Source: a virus
Lineage: Duplodnaviria > Caudoviricetes
DNA: 47,504 bases
IMG/VR virus record: IMGVR_UViG_3300044983_000169
Location: 1 to 47,504 of that record
Reading direction: 5' to 3' (one strand)
Positions 35,930 through 45,422 of this stretch are shown here, piece after piece. The notes beneath the pieces were generated by a model. It saw only the letters and a list, made by a program, of their open reading frames with translations, was not told the DNA's origin and ran no database searches. Both the position numbers and the translations under genes were made by a program. How positions within the stretch are numbered: position 1 is the stretch's first letter; each line of letters begins with the position of its first letter.

Positions 35930-36436
35930 TCAGGCGCTCGAACCGATGACGGCGATGTCGTAGGTGACCGACGTGCCCGCGCCGGAGTTGGCGACGTGCA
36001 GCAGGTCGCCGGTGCCGGCGGTGACCGGCCACGCGGTCGCGTCCGGGGCGATCATGGAGATCAGGCCACCGGGGCGAATCGAGATCGTGTGGGCGGCCGC
36101 GCCGAACGGGCCGACCCAGCCGTTGCTCGTCGCGTTGCCGAGCACGACGTTGTTGGTGTTGGCCGGCAGCGCGTAGACGATCAGAAGCTTGACGCGGGCC
36201 AGGGTCAGCGTCGCCCCGAACGGGTCGACCAGCACCCCCGACAGGTCCAGGTCCTCAGAAGACGAAGCGGTCAGGGTCCGCTCGTCGGACCAGACCTTGT
36301 CCGCCTGGTTCGCGGACGTCCCCGTCGCCATATTGATCTGGCGGACGAACGGCAGCCGGGAGGTGGCCGAGGTGAGGTCGAGCGGGCTCGCGGCGTCCGC
36401 GATCAGCTCGACGTGGAACTTGGTGTCCAAGGTCAT
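35930..36436 (-). CDS. Putative structural protein (beta-rich)
   Basis: In neck-tail operon; Thr/Ser/Gly-rich. Confidence 0.65.
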   Translation of the reverse strand: MTLDTKFHVELIADAASPLDLTSATSRLPFVRQINMATGTSANQADKVWSDERTLTASSSEDLDLSGVLVDPFGATLTLARVKLLIVYALPANTNNVVLGNATSNGWVGPFGAAAHTISIRPGGLISMIAPDATAWPVTAGTGDLLHVANSGAGTSVTYDIAVIGSSA

Positions 36437-36454
36437 GTTCTTGGGCCTCTCTGA

Positions 36455-36880
36455 TCAGTGGAATCCGTGTCTGCGCGCGACCTCGGGCACGACGTCGGCG
36501 ATGTCCCTGGCGATCCGCTCCGCGTCCTCGGCCACCGTGCCGAACAGGAACGGGCGTGACCTCTGGGCGACCCACCGGTCGCGGTGACCGAACACCGGGT
36601 GCCGGAACGCACCCCACTTCCCGCCGTCCTCATACGGCCGGGCATGCGGGGCGATCTTCCGGTTCACCACGATCCGGACACCCGGACGGCGGCCGAGCGA
36701 CGTCGAAAGCTTCGTCGCGCCCGGAATCCGGGTCGACCACGATGCTTTGACCTTCACCTTCGCCACCGTGGGGCCGGCCGCGGTACGGAAGCGGGGCCGC
36801 AGTTCCCGCTTCACCTCCTGCGGGATCTTCCCGCCGAAGTCGGCGGCCAGCTGCCGGAGCTGCTCGCGGCCGGAGCTCAT
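36455..36880 (-). CDS. HK97 gp10-like tail completion protein
   Basis: Basic; PHARPYE.G...RPFL motif. Confidence 0.7.
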   Translation of the reverse strand: MSSGREQLRQLAADFGGKIPQEVKRELRPRFRTAAGPTVAKVKVKASWSTRIPGATKLSTSLGRRPGVRIVVNRKIAPHARPYEDGGKWGAFRHPVFGHRDRWVAQRSRPFLFGTVAEDAERIARDIADVVPEVARRHGFH

Positions 36881-37323
36881 CGGTTCGCGTACGCGTCGAT
36901 GGCGATGACGAACTGCACCGTGGCCACCGCGCCGTCAGTCGTCTGCTCGGAAGCTAGGGCCTCGGTCGACATCCGCGCCTGCATCACCAGGCCACCCAGC
37001 ATCGGGTCGGAGTTCAGGAAGGCGGCCACCTCGCCGAGCAGGGCGAAGCACTGGTCCCGGACTGCCTTGGCACCCGTGCCGCCATTGAACGTGGAGGCGA
37101 CGCTGGTGATCTCGTAGGCCTCACGGTCGGGCTCGCGGGCCAGGCCCTGCTGGCTGAGCGTGTTCACCACGGCCGCCTCGCCGGGCGTGCTGGTGAACCC
37201 GATACAGATCAGATCGTCTTCCGTCGTGATCGGCTGCCCGTCCACGACCTGGACGTCCGGCAGGGCCGCCGAAATCCCAGCGACCAGGTAGTCCAGGACG
37301 GCCGGGATCGTCGAGACGTTCAC
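36877..37323 (-). CDS. Tail terminator-like protein
   Basis: Acidic 148 aa; VQVVDG...DPMLGGLV; position. Confidence 0.65.
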   Translation of the reverse strand: MNVSTIPAVLDYLVAGISAALPDVQVVDGQPITTEDDLICIGFTSTPGEAAVVNTLSQQGLAREPDREAYEITSVASTFNGGTGAKAVRDQCFALLGEVAAFLNSDPMLGGLVMQARMSTEALASEQTTDGAVATVQFVIAIDAYANR

Positions 37324-38138
37324 GCGATGCCGCCGACCGGAGTGCCCAGCAGTTCCTGCGCCCGGTACGGCACCGTGTAGGTGCTGCTGGTCGTGTCCAC
37401 CGGCTCGCCGCTGAGAGGCGGACGTCCGCCGCCCGCGCTGCGCTGCGTCTCCCACATGTGCTTGAGGATGATCTTCGCGGCCTGGATGACGTTCGGGGAC
37501 GTCGCCGTCGCCCCCGCGGCGTAGTCGACGACCACCACACCCGCCCCGTACAGGAACGGCATCTCGAACTCGCCCGCCAACCGCACGATCACACCCGAAT
37601 CGGCGATGACCCGGTAGGCGGACGGGTCCAGGACCGTGCCGAACTCCGTCACGCTGGTCACCTGAAGGATCGGCCGGTGATCCACCATCACCCGGGACGC
37701 GCCACCGTCGAACACCTGCGAGTAGGAGGTGCGGGCGATCGCGCCGACATACCGCTCGCAGATCTTGGTGACCGCCCGGAGGAAGGCCTGGATCTCCGCG
37801 TCGTCGCTGGTCTGCGTGGCCGGGATGCGCAGATGCTTGCGGGCGTCGGCGAGGCTGATCACCTGGCCGCCGATGGCCGGCAGAACCTCGAAGAAGTCCG
37901 TCCAAGCTGACGCGTTGACGCCGGTCGCGACCCAGCGGACGTCATGGCGGCCGACCTGGACGCTCGGATAGTCGTAGGAGTACACGCCCGGCGGGCTGGA
38001 AGTCACCGCGCCCGATGAGGCGGTCGTCCCGTCCGGGAGCGTGATGGTCGCCGTGACACTGCCGGCGTCGGCGAGCGCCCCGGACTCGTCCCGGATCTGG
38101 ACGCTCAGCGGCACCGTAGAGCCCAAGTCGAACGCCAT
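37320..38138 (-). CDS. Head-to-tail adaptor with N-terminal Ig-like domain
   Basis: ISLADARKHLRI...DDAEI; VDYAAG; HMWETQR; N-terminal ITLPDGT...GVYSYDY...GRH.VRW. Confidence 0.75.
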   Translation of the reverse strand: MAFDLGSTVPLSVQIRDESGALADAGSVTATITLPDGTTASSGAVTSSPPGVYSYDYPSVQVGRHDVRWVATGVNASAWTDFFEVLPAIGGQVISLADARKHLRIPATQTSDDAEIQAFLRAVTKICERYVGAIARTSYSQVFDGGASRVMVDHRPILQVTSVTEFGTVLDPSAYRVIADSGVIVRLAGEFEMPFLYGAGVVVVDYAAGATATSPNVIQAAKIILKHMWETQRSAGGGRPPLSGEPVDTTSSTYTVPYRAQELLGTPVGGIA

Positions 38139-39136
38139 CAGCCGCCACCTCCCATCCGAGAGCCAGAACTTGCATGCGGACCCATCACCACGCCCGCAGA
38201 GTCGCCAGCGGACGCCTCAGGTCCGGCTGCGGGGCCTGCCGTCATCGCCCCGCGCGACGACGCCGGGGACGTCCCGCTCGGCGGGGCGCGATACACCAGC
38301 GGCTGCGGCTGCTGTGAACGCGCGGCCGGAGCCGAAACCACCAGCACCAGCGGAACCGGCCCCGGCGGGACCGCTGGGGTCGGCGACGTCCGAACGACTA
38401 TCGGCGCCGGAAACTGCGGGACGGTGGCCGGCGGCCGGACGACCAGCGGTTGCGGTGTCGCCGCCGGCACGTCGGCCAGCGACGAGCGGGCTATCAGCGG
38501 CGGCGACCATGACCGGGTGACGACCGGAGCCGCGACCACCATCGGTTCGGTGGTGAGCGGCGCCGCCGTAACCGCGTCGGCCAGCGACGATCTGGCGACG
38601 ACCGGCATGGTCGGCGTCTGCTGCCGTGTCGGTGTGGTGACGACGACCGGCGATGGCGTGGTGAGGACGGGTGCGTCGGCCAGCGACGACCGACCCGTGA
38701 TGACGGGTGTGACCGGCGTTGGTGTCGGCGGCGGCGTGACGACGACCGGTTCCGGTGTCGCCGTGGTCGCGACCGCCGCGTCCGCCAGCGACGAGCGGCC
38801 GATGACCGGCTGGGGCGGGACGGTCAGGCTCGGGCTGGTGGCGACGACGACCGGCTTGACGGCCGGCGGCACATCGGCCAGCGAGGACCGTGACGTCGTG
38901 GCGTAGCCGCGCTGCGGCGGTGTGGGTGCCGCCAGGACGAGCGGGCCGGGCGTCGTCAGCACCGGTGCGTCGGCGAGCGAGCTCCGGTAGACGACCGGGA
39001 TGTTCGGGGTGCCGAACCGCGGCGTGGCCGCGGCCTGGACGACCTTCGGTGCCGGTGTGGTCAGAACCGGCGGGTCGGCCAGCGATCCGCGGGCGATGAC
39101 CGCCGGAGTTGGGTGAGCGCGGCCGTGCACCGCCAC
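38138..39136 (-). CDS. Pro/Thr/Val-rich repeat protein (seven R(S/G)SLAD repeats)
   Basis: AGGAGG RBS; TGATG coupling to adaptor; about 33-aa period. Confidence 0.75.
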   Translation of the reverse strand: MAVHGRAHPTPAVIARGSLADPPVLTTPAPKVVQAAATPRFGTPNIPVVYRSSLADAPVLTTPGPLVLAAPTPPQRGYATTSRSSLADVPPAVKPVVVATSPSLTVPPQPVIGRSSLADAAVATTATPEPVVVTPPPTPTPVTPVITGRSSLADAPVLTTPSPVVVTTPTRQQTPTMPVVARSSLADAVTAAPLTTEPMVVAAPVVTRSWSPPLIARSSLADVPAATPQPLVVRPPATVPQFPAPIVVRTSPTPAVPPGPVPLVLVVSAPAARSQQPQPLVYRAPPSGTSPASSRGAMTAGPAAGPEASAGDSAGVVMGPHASSGSRMGGGG

Positions 39137-39146
39137 GGCGCGCCTC

Positions 39147-39407
39147 CTAGATCAGCCGAGCGAGACGGTAGATCGAGCCCCACGGTGCTTCAAACCGGTA
39201 GCTGACGTGCTGGTTTGAGCCGTCGATCGTCAGCACGTCACCGTCGAGATGCATATCCGCGTGGCCCTGGCCGGCGGCGACCTGCGCCAGCAGCTGCTCA
39301 GAGAGCAGGATCTGCGGGTCGGCCCGCTCCACCAGCAGTCGGCCGTCGATGTTGTGCAGGATGCACTGGCCGGGGCCGGGGACGACCAGCTCGTGACCGA
39401 CCTGCAT
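39147..39407 (-). CDS. Hypothetical protein
   Basis: TGATG coupling. Confidence 0.6.
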   Translation of the reverse strand: MQVGHELVVPGPGQCILHNIDGRLLVERADPQILLSEQLLAQVAAGQGHADMHLDGDVLTIDGSNQHVSYRFEAPWGSIYRLARLI

Positions 39408-39883
39408 CAGGTCCGCTCGAACCACATGGTCGCGTTGACGTTCACCGCGGCCGGCGCGGTGCACCGCATGGTGATACCCGCCGATACCGGGGTGTCGTGC
39501 GTGGACCCGAGCGGCCAGTCGTAGATCACCAGGCCGCCGTTCGGGGTGAGGGTCCACCGGTCGAACGCGGTCAGCACGGTCGGCTCCGAGGTGGAGTTGT
39601 AGAAGCCGGTGAAGCCGGCCGTGATGGTGCGGCCGTAGTTCTGGATCGCGGTACCGCAGGTGGTGTTGCCGGTACCGACCGTCGAGTTGGTCGCCAGCGT
39701 GTTGTCCATCAGCTCGACCAGCACCGGCACGGCCGAGGCGGTCACGCCATCGAACCCGATCCTGATCTTCGTCAGGTCGATGCCGAACTGGGCGGGCGCG
39801 AGCACCGTCAAGATGCTCTTGGCGGTGGCAGCCGACAGGGCGACCGCGGCCAGGGTTGAGTAGCTGTATCCAGCCTTGGACAT
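39407..39883 (-). CDS. Putative virion protein (beta-rich)
   Basis: AGGAG RBS; in head operon. Confidence 0.7.
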   Translation of the reverse strand: MSKAGYSYSTLAAVALSAATAKSILTVLAPAQFGIDLTKIRIGFDGVTASAVPVLVELMDNTLATNSTVGTGNTTCGTAIQNYGRTITAGFTGFYNSTSEPTVLTAFDRWTLTPNGGLVIYDWPLGSTHDTPVSAGITMRCTAPAAVNVNATMWFERT

Positions 39884-39905
39884 GGTTTTTCTCCTGTTTG
39901 TCGGT

Positions 39906-40619
39906 CTACCAGGTGCTGGCTTGCATGACTGCGGCCTGCGGGACGACCAGCGTTTGCGGGCCTGGCTGCGATGACGCCGCGGCCTGGATCTCCAGCGCGG
40001 CCATGCTCCACTTCTGGCCGGTCGGGGCCGTCATGCCGACTGTCTGCGACCCGGGGCTGGCCGCGGGCATGTACCAGTAGTACTGAACGGTGTTCGCGCC
40101 GCTGGAGCTATCACCGAAGGTCTCGCCCGTGCCGCTGGAGCTGTAGCCGGGCGTCCCGGGCGCGACGCTCTGCTCGTCGCCGTTCAGCACGGTGACGGCG
40201 CTCCCAGTACCGGCCGTCGTGATCGACATCGACGGCAGGCCTGCGGAGGAATACTGCGCCGTCGCGGTCGCCGGGGTGGCCGCGAGCTGGGCGCCGGGCC
40301 AGACCTCGACCAGTTGCGTGTGGTAGCAGGACGCGGCCGGGGCCGACAGGGTGATGGTGAAGCTCGTCGTGGACGTCGCCACCGAGCTGAACATCGTCCC
40401 GTAGGTGGCGAAGCCCGTCGTCGCGGTCGTAACTCGTCGGGTGTAGGTGAGGCTGCCACCGGACGGAGTCCCTGCCGCCGTCCCCGCATCCCAGGTCTGA
40501 GCTTTGACGATGATCAGATCGCCGAGGTTGACCGCGACCGTTGTGGGCGTGGCCAGCGTGCTACTGTCGCCGCCCTTCGCGGACTCGGTGAAGTAGGTGA
40601 CGGACGGCGCCAGGGTCAC
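39906..40619 (-). CDS. Putative virion protein (Thr/Ser/Ala-rich)
   Basis: GDLIIV motif, beta-rich; C-tail PQTLVVPQAAVMQASTW. Confidence 0.7.
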   Translation of the reverse strand: MTLAPSVTYFTESAKGGDSSTLATPTTVAVNLGDLIIVKAQTWDAGTAAGTPSGGSLTYTRRVTTATTGFATYGTMFSSVATSTTSFTITLSAPAASCYHTQLVEVWPGAQLAATPATATAQYSSAGLPSMSITTAGTGSAVTVLNGDEQSVAPGTPGYSSSGTGETFGDSSSGANTVQYYWYMPAASPGSQTVGMTAPTGQKWSMAALEIQAAASSQPGPQTLVVPQAAVMQASTW

Positions 40620-40631
40620 GGCGGGGCCGAG

Positions 40632-40841
40632 CTAGTCCGCAGTCGCCTGCGGCTTGCGGCCACGGCCCGACGCGGGCGCCTTCGGCTCCGCCGCGGGCTT
40701 CGCTTCGGCCGGGGGCGGCGGCTCGCCGCCGTACGCCGCGATCTCCTCGTCCACCAGCGCGACCCGCTCGTCCAGGCCGCGCCGGACCAGGCCCGCCCGC
40801 TCCCGCAGCAGCGCAGCGACCCTGCGCTCATCAGTCGGCAT
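40632..40841 (-). CDS. Small head-region protein
   Basis: GAGAGG RBS; ALLRERAG...VDEEI. Confidence 0.65.
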   Translation of the reverse strand: MPTDERRVAALLRERAGLVRRGLDERVALVDEEIAAYGGEPPPPAEAKPAAEPKAPASGRGRKPQATAD

Positions 40842-40854
40842 GATTGCTGTCCTC

Positions 40855-41205
40855 TCAGGCCGACAGGACGTCGAGCCGGATCTCATAGGTGACGTTCGGG
40901 CTCGTACCGGCCACCGTCGAAGTGGCCCGCACGAAGTTGCTGGTGACCTTCGCGACCGCGACCCGGTTCCCGGCCGCCGTCAGCTGCGTGATCGACGAAC
41001 CGGCGATCGCCGACCACGACGAGCCGTCCGCCGACTGTTCCAGCGAGGCGTCCAGCGTCGGCGTGCCGGAGGAAGCGGAGGCGTGAACGGACATGGTGAC
41101 CCAGCCCGCCACGTCCGCCGCGGCGATCGGCCCGGAAGTGTAGGTCCCGGCAGCGCGCCCCGCCGAAGCGAGGGCGACATCTCCCATGACGGGCTTGAGG
41201 CCCAT
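40855..41205 (-). CDS. Putative head decoration protein
   Basis: SGTPTLD..LEQS.DG..W...FVR beta-sandwich pattern; GAAAGGA RBS. Confidence 0.6.
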   Translation of the reverse strand: MGLKPVMGDVALASAGRAAGTYTSGPIAAADVAGWVTMSVHASASSGTPTLDASLEQSADGSSWSAIAGSSITQLTAAGNRVAVAKVTSNFVRATSTVAGTSPNVTYEIRLDVLSA

Positions 41206-41236
41206 GAGCGTGTCCTTTCCTGCATGAGAGTCGGAT

Positions 41237-41776
41237 TCAGGAGGGGCCAGCCTCCAGGTACTCGATGACTCGGCGGAACATCTCCGGCGAGTCGCCGAAC
41301 CGGCCGAGTAGCAGGTTGTGCTCCGGACAGAGCAGACCACGCACACGGCCGGTTTCGTGGCAGTGGTCGACGTGCAGATGTGTGCGATATCTGCCTGCGA
41401 CAAGATCTTCAGGCTTCACGCCACAGAGCGCACAGCCGCCGTCTTGTTCAGCGAGGATGCTGTCGTAATCCGCTGCGGTGATTCCGTATTTGCGGCGCAG
41501 ATGTGTGTCACGGGCGCGGCCCGACTTCACGCGATCGACTTCCTTGCACTCGCGTGAGCAGATATTTCTATCGCGCGAGACCTTGATCTGCTTCGGGACG
41601 TAGGTTCTGCCGCAGACCGAGCATGTACGAGGCTCGTGGGACGCGGTGACTCTGTCTCCGCGATTGTTCGCGTTGACGCATGCGCGACACCACGTCCCGG
41701 CCTTTCCTCGATGAGAAGCCGAATACTGGTCGATCGGCTTCTCTTGTTTGCACCCTCCACACCTCTGCATCTCCAT
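41237..41776 (-). CDS. Endonuclease VII-family (His-Me) free-standing endonuclease
   Basis: KYGIT..DY......Q.G.CALC...LHVDHCHETGRVRGLLC..HN..LG; lower GC3. Confidence 0.9.
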   Translation of the reverse strand: MEMQRCGGCKQEKPIDQYSASHRGKAGTWCRACVNANNRGDRVTASHEPRTCSVCGRTYVPKQIKVSRDRNICSRECKEVDRVKSGRARDTHLRRKYGITAADYDSILAEQDGGCALCGVKPEDLVAGRYRTHLHVDHCHETGRVRGLLCPEHNLLLGRFGDSPEMFRRVIEYLEAGPS

Positions 41777-41812
41777 GCCTTCAATTGTATTAGAAGGTAG
41801 GAGACTAGAAGG

Positions 41813-43237
41813 TTAAAATGTCGGGGCAATCAAGCCAGTGCCACCGATTTTGGACGAGCCGTTGGTGTAGCGGGCGAAGGTGTACGCGAAGTACGAGTAC
41901 GCGACCAGCAGCACCCCGAGGGACGCCGCCGCCGGCTGCTCGGCCCGGATGAACAGCGGAGCCTGCGGGTCCTCCCACAGGTGGCACTCCGAGTTCGCGA
42001 CGACGTAGATCTCATCCTCGGTGCCGGCGCCCAGGGCCGTCGAGATGTTGTTGTCGGTGACGACCTCCAGGCCCGACGGCAGCACGCCACGGACACCGGA
42101 GTTGTAGCCGCTGGCCGGGTTCGCCGTCGCGCCCGCCTGCGTCGGCAGGTTTGTCCAGTTCACCATCGGCCAGGTGGCGCTCATCTGGCTCGACAGCCAG
42201 TACCAGCGCCTGCTGTGCATGATGGCGTGCGACGGGCGGCCCATCGCCAGCAGGGCCGCCTCGACGCCGCTGGCCGCGCCCAGGATCTTCGGGTACAGCT
42301 CGGCGCCCGTCGGGGACGCATCCGTGTAGGTGAACGACTGCGCGACGTTGGTCAGGCCGTTCGTCGCCTGGTTCAGCAGCGTCGAGTCCAGGATGGTCGC
42401 GACCCGGTTGAACAGGTCCTGCATCGTCACGTCTTCGATGCCGGTACCGCGGTCGATCGCCTGCCGGGAGATAGTCTGCTGGCCGGCCGCCGTCTGCACG
42501 TTGACCGTGAGCAGCGTGTCGTCCATGTTCGTCTCGGACACGGCGTTGTTCTCAGCCGCCTGCAGCGCCGCCGAGGAGCTCGTGGTGACGCGGGAGATGT
42601 TCACCGACATGCCGTCGGCGGGCAGCGGGTGCCGGTTGCAGATGTCGGCGAACGGGCGCAGGCCCGCGGTGGCCGGCGCGTACATGTCGGTCAGGTACTG
42701 CGGCACGGTCAGACCCGACCAGGCGCCGGTGCCGACCGCACGGGTCAGGTACTCGGCCCGCTCGACCCGCTCCTCCTGCATGTGCCGCGACAGCCGCGAC
42801 GCCGCCTCGACATCCTGGTAGGCGAACTGGCGGGCGATGTCCATCAGGAACAGCTTCCCGACGGGGTCCTGGTCCTTGCGATAGGTCCGCTCCTCGCGGC
42901 CGACCCGGGCCACCTGGTCATAGGACGGCTTGCGGGCCTGCGCCGAGGTGTCCTTGACATCCCGCTGCTTCTCGGCCCGCTCCATCTCCTCAAGCTTGAG
43001 CTTGTTGACGTTCGCCAGCTTGTTCTCGATGCCCTCGATGTCCCTGCCGGCCTGGTCGCGAGCGGCGAACAGCTCAGCCGTCCGCTCGTCCTCCTCGGTG
43101 GTGAGGTTGGCGCGACCGTCTTCCTGCGCCTTGGCGAGGATGAGCTTGATCTCCTCGCCGCACTTCGTCCGCCGCTTCTTCGCGGCCTCCAGTTCGACCT
43201 CGATCGAGGCGATCAGGTCGTCGATGGTTCCGGGCAT
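41813..43237 (-). CDS. Major capsid protein (HK97 fold with coiled-coil delta domain)
   Basis: 474 aa, N-terminal coiled coil; follows protease; GGAGAGG RBS. Confidence 0.9.
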   Translation of the reverse strand: MPGTIDDLIASIEVELEAAKKRRTKCGEEIKLILAKAQEDGRANLTTEEDERTAELFAARDQAGRDIEGIENKLANVNKLKLEEMERAEKQRDVKDTSAQARKPSYDQVARVGREERTYRKDQDPVGKLFLMDIARQFAYQDVEAASRLSRHMQEERVERAEYLTRAVGTGAWSGLTVPQYLTDMYAPATAGLRPFADICNRHPLPADGMSVNISRVTTSSSAALQAAENNAVSETNMDDTLLTVNVQTAAGQQTISRQAIDRGTGIEDVTMQDLFNRVATILDSTLLNQATNGLTNVAQSFTYTDASPTGAELYPKILGAASGVEAALLAMGRPSHAIMHSRRWYWLSSQMSATWPMVNWTNLPTQAGATANPASGYNSGVRGVLPSGLEVVTDNNISTALGAGTEDEIYVVANSECHLWEDPQAPLFIRAEQPAAASLGVLLVAYSYFAYTFARYTNGSSKIGGTGLIAPTF

Positions 43238-43281
43238 GATGCCTCTCCGTGTGCTCGATGGGTTGCCGCTGATCTCCTGCG

Positions 43282-43400
43282 GCACGCCGGGGCATCTGCC
43301 GGAGTGCATGGCGATCACGCCGCCGGGACTTCTGCCGGAGGCGGTGCTGTGCGGTCGTGCTGTGGTGCGCTCGGCCGCCTGGGGCATCTGCCAGGCGGCC
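43282..43400 (-). promoter_or_regulatory. Three related stem-loops in capsid leader
   Basis: Hairpins at 43282-43307, 43318-43343, 43373-43400 share GGCAGAWGYCCC with different stems. Confidence 0.55.
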
Positions 43401-43407
43401 TAGTGAG

Positions 43408-44232
43408 TCAGTCCTCGCCCTGCTCGACGAGCAGCCGGGTCCGGAGCATGGAGATCGACCGGCCCTGGGCGGCAGGCTCGGCATCTGGAGCCTTCGGCGC
43501 CGGGGCGGGCGGTGCGGCGGGAGCCGCGGCCGGAGCGGGCGGTGCGGGGGCGTTGAGGCGCTGCGACAGCAGCGTGTACGCCTCCCGGGCCACCAGCGGC
43601 GGCAGGTTCGGGATATCGGCCAGGAACTCGCCGGAGCGGGCCGCGACCGAGGTGTAGGGGTTCGCGCCGTAGGTGACCGGGCCGACGTCGCCGCGGTCCA
43701 GGTCGACCGCGTTGATCCGGTACTCGGTGTAGTCCGGGGACCACTGGCCCGAGGTGATGGTGAACATGAAACTCTGTTCGGTCACGTCCTGGTCGTCCAT
43801 CGCGTGGATCAGATCCTGGACGTCGGCGCGCTTGGGGTTCAGCCACGCACGGTCGCCCAGGCCCGTCGAATCCGCCCACAGCTCCAACCGGCCGTTCTGC
43901 GTACTGGCCATCGGCATCCCGCCGTGGTTGAACCGGTACACCACCTGGGGCCCGGCCGACAGCGTCTGGTCGAACGCCCCCGCCGACACGATCTCCGTAT
44001 ACGGGCCGAACATGTCGTACATCTCGTACGCCTGCTCGACCACCGAGGCGTAACCCTCGACCAGATTCCACTGCATGTCGTCGCGCATCACCTTCGACGC
44101 GCGCAGCTCAGTGCGGGCACGCACCGGCTGACGCTCAGGGCGGCCGCGCGGCGTCGTCATCGGCTCCTCGGCGGACGCTGCGGACATGCGCGCGGCCGCG
44201 GCCGCGGACCGCAACACGGTCATGTCGGTCAT
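43408..44232 (-). CDS. HK97-family prohead protease
   Basis: EGYASV...GAF...NH...SFMF...VTYGANP.T. Confidence 0.9.
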   Translation of the reverse strand: MTDMTVLRSAAAAARMSAASAEEPMTTPRGRPERQPVRARTELRASKVMRDDMQWNLVEGYASVVEQAYEMYDMFGPYTEIVSAGAFDQTLSAGPQVVYRFNHGGMPMASTQNGRLELWADSTGLGDRAWLNPKRADVQDLIHAMDDQDVTEQSFMFTITSGQWSPDYTEYRINAVDLDRGDVGPVTYGANPYTSVAARSGEFLADIPNLPPLVAREAYTLLSQRLNAPAPPAPAAAPAAPPAPAPKAPDAEPAAQGRSISMLRTRLLVEQGED

Positions 44233-45422
44233 TGCAGAGCTCCAGGAAGAATCGTCGATGACGGAGACGTGCTCGACGGCGCGGCCTTCGGACTGCCGAA
44301 AATCTTCGTGAACTCGGCCAGCTGCGCATCGGTCAGCGGCGGCCGGTCCTCCAGCTCCCGCGCCTCATTCGGCGTCAAAGTCCGGGCGTCGATCTGGGTC
44401 TTCAGCACCGTCGCCCGCGTCTGCGCGTCCATCCGCAGCAGCGACTCCCGCTTCAACTTCACGTACCGCGGGGCCGGAGTCAGCCGGGACAAAGCCGTCT
44501 CACGGCGGACGACCGCCGGGTCCAAATGCATGATCAGGAACTGCAGGTTGCGCTGGTCGATGCGGGCGTAGGTGATGCTGCCCGTCGAGGTGACCGCGTC
44601 GACCAGATCACCCGGCACGTCGAAGAACCGGGCGATGTCGCCGATCGAGAACGACTTCGCGTCCAGCCAGTTACTGCCGGCCTGCTCGGCCTGCAGCATG
44701 TTGTACTCCCAGTCGGCGCCGGTCACGAACACGTCGCCGTTCTGCGTCGCGGTCTTGAACCGCTCCTTGATGACGCGGGCCTGCCCGTCATCCATCGACT
44801 TGGCCGTGCTCTTCAGATGCGCGGCCGGGATACCGCCGTTGCCGAACCACTCCAGCGCGAACTGCTGAATGCTCAAGTACTCGCCGATCGACCAGGCCGC
44901 ATAGGCGACCGGCGACAAACCCACCGGCAGGCCGGCGACCGTGTACTGCTTCTCGTGCCACACCTCGGACGGGTCGTACTCGATACCGCAGATCCGGTAC
45001 GCGGTGATCTTCCCGCCCTTGGTCTTCACCGTCGTCTCAGAGATCGGCTGCAACTCGATCCGTGCCGGGAAGTTCAGCCCGTCCCGAGCCGTGATCAGCC
45101 CGACCGCGTTGCCGGCCCGGTCCAGATCGAACTGCGAGCTGTACAGCCACTCCTGGATACCGGACTGATCTCCGGCCGGATCCACGAGCACCGCGGGCTT
45201 GGGAACCTCCACCTGAACACCGCCGACCCGGCGGTACAGATCCACCGGCATCGTCGAGATCAGATTCGCTCGCAGCCGCAGCGCCGCCCACACCGCGCTG
45301 TGCCGCAGCGCCGTCTCGTTCGTGACCGACACGGCACCCTTGCGGGTAGTCGGCCGCCGCTGGACCATCGCCTCCACCGGAGGCCCGAACAGGCTGCTCG
45401 TCCGCTTCTGGAACAGGCTCAC
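44229..45422 (-). CDS. Portal protein (HK97-type)
   Basis: SAVWA, GLSP, FGNGGIP, IARFFDVP, TPNEARELED.PP. Confidence 0.93.
   Translation of the reverse strand: MSLFQKRTSSLFGPPVEAMVQRRPTTRKGAVSVTNETALRHSAVWAALRLRANLISTMPVDLYRRVGGVQVEVPKPAVLVDPAGDQSGIQEWLYSSQFDLDRAGNAVGLITARDGLNFPARIELQPISETTVKTKGGKITAYRICGIEYDPSEVWHEKQYTVAGLPVGLSPVAYAAWSIGEYLSIQQFALEWFGNGGIPAAHLKSTAKSMDDGQARVIKERFKTATQNGDVFVTGADWEYNMLQAEQAGSNWLDAKSFSIGDIARFFDVPGDLVDAVTSTGSITYARIDQRNLQFLIMHLDPAVVRRETALSRLTPAPRYVKLKRESLLRMDAQTRATVLKTQIDARTLTPNEARELEDRPPLTDAQLAEFTKIFGSPKAAPSSTSPSSTILPGALQ

Noticed and set aside
38460-39095. About 100-bp periodic DNA repeats resembling a CRISPR array
   Set aside because: Repeats are short, vary at synonymous positions and stay in frame with the RSSLAD protein; no cas genes.
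41206-41812. Group I intron in the capsid gene
   Set aside because: Capsid ORF ends at its own stop, the next gene has its own RBS, and flanks are too short for a ribozyme core.
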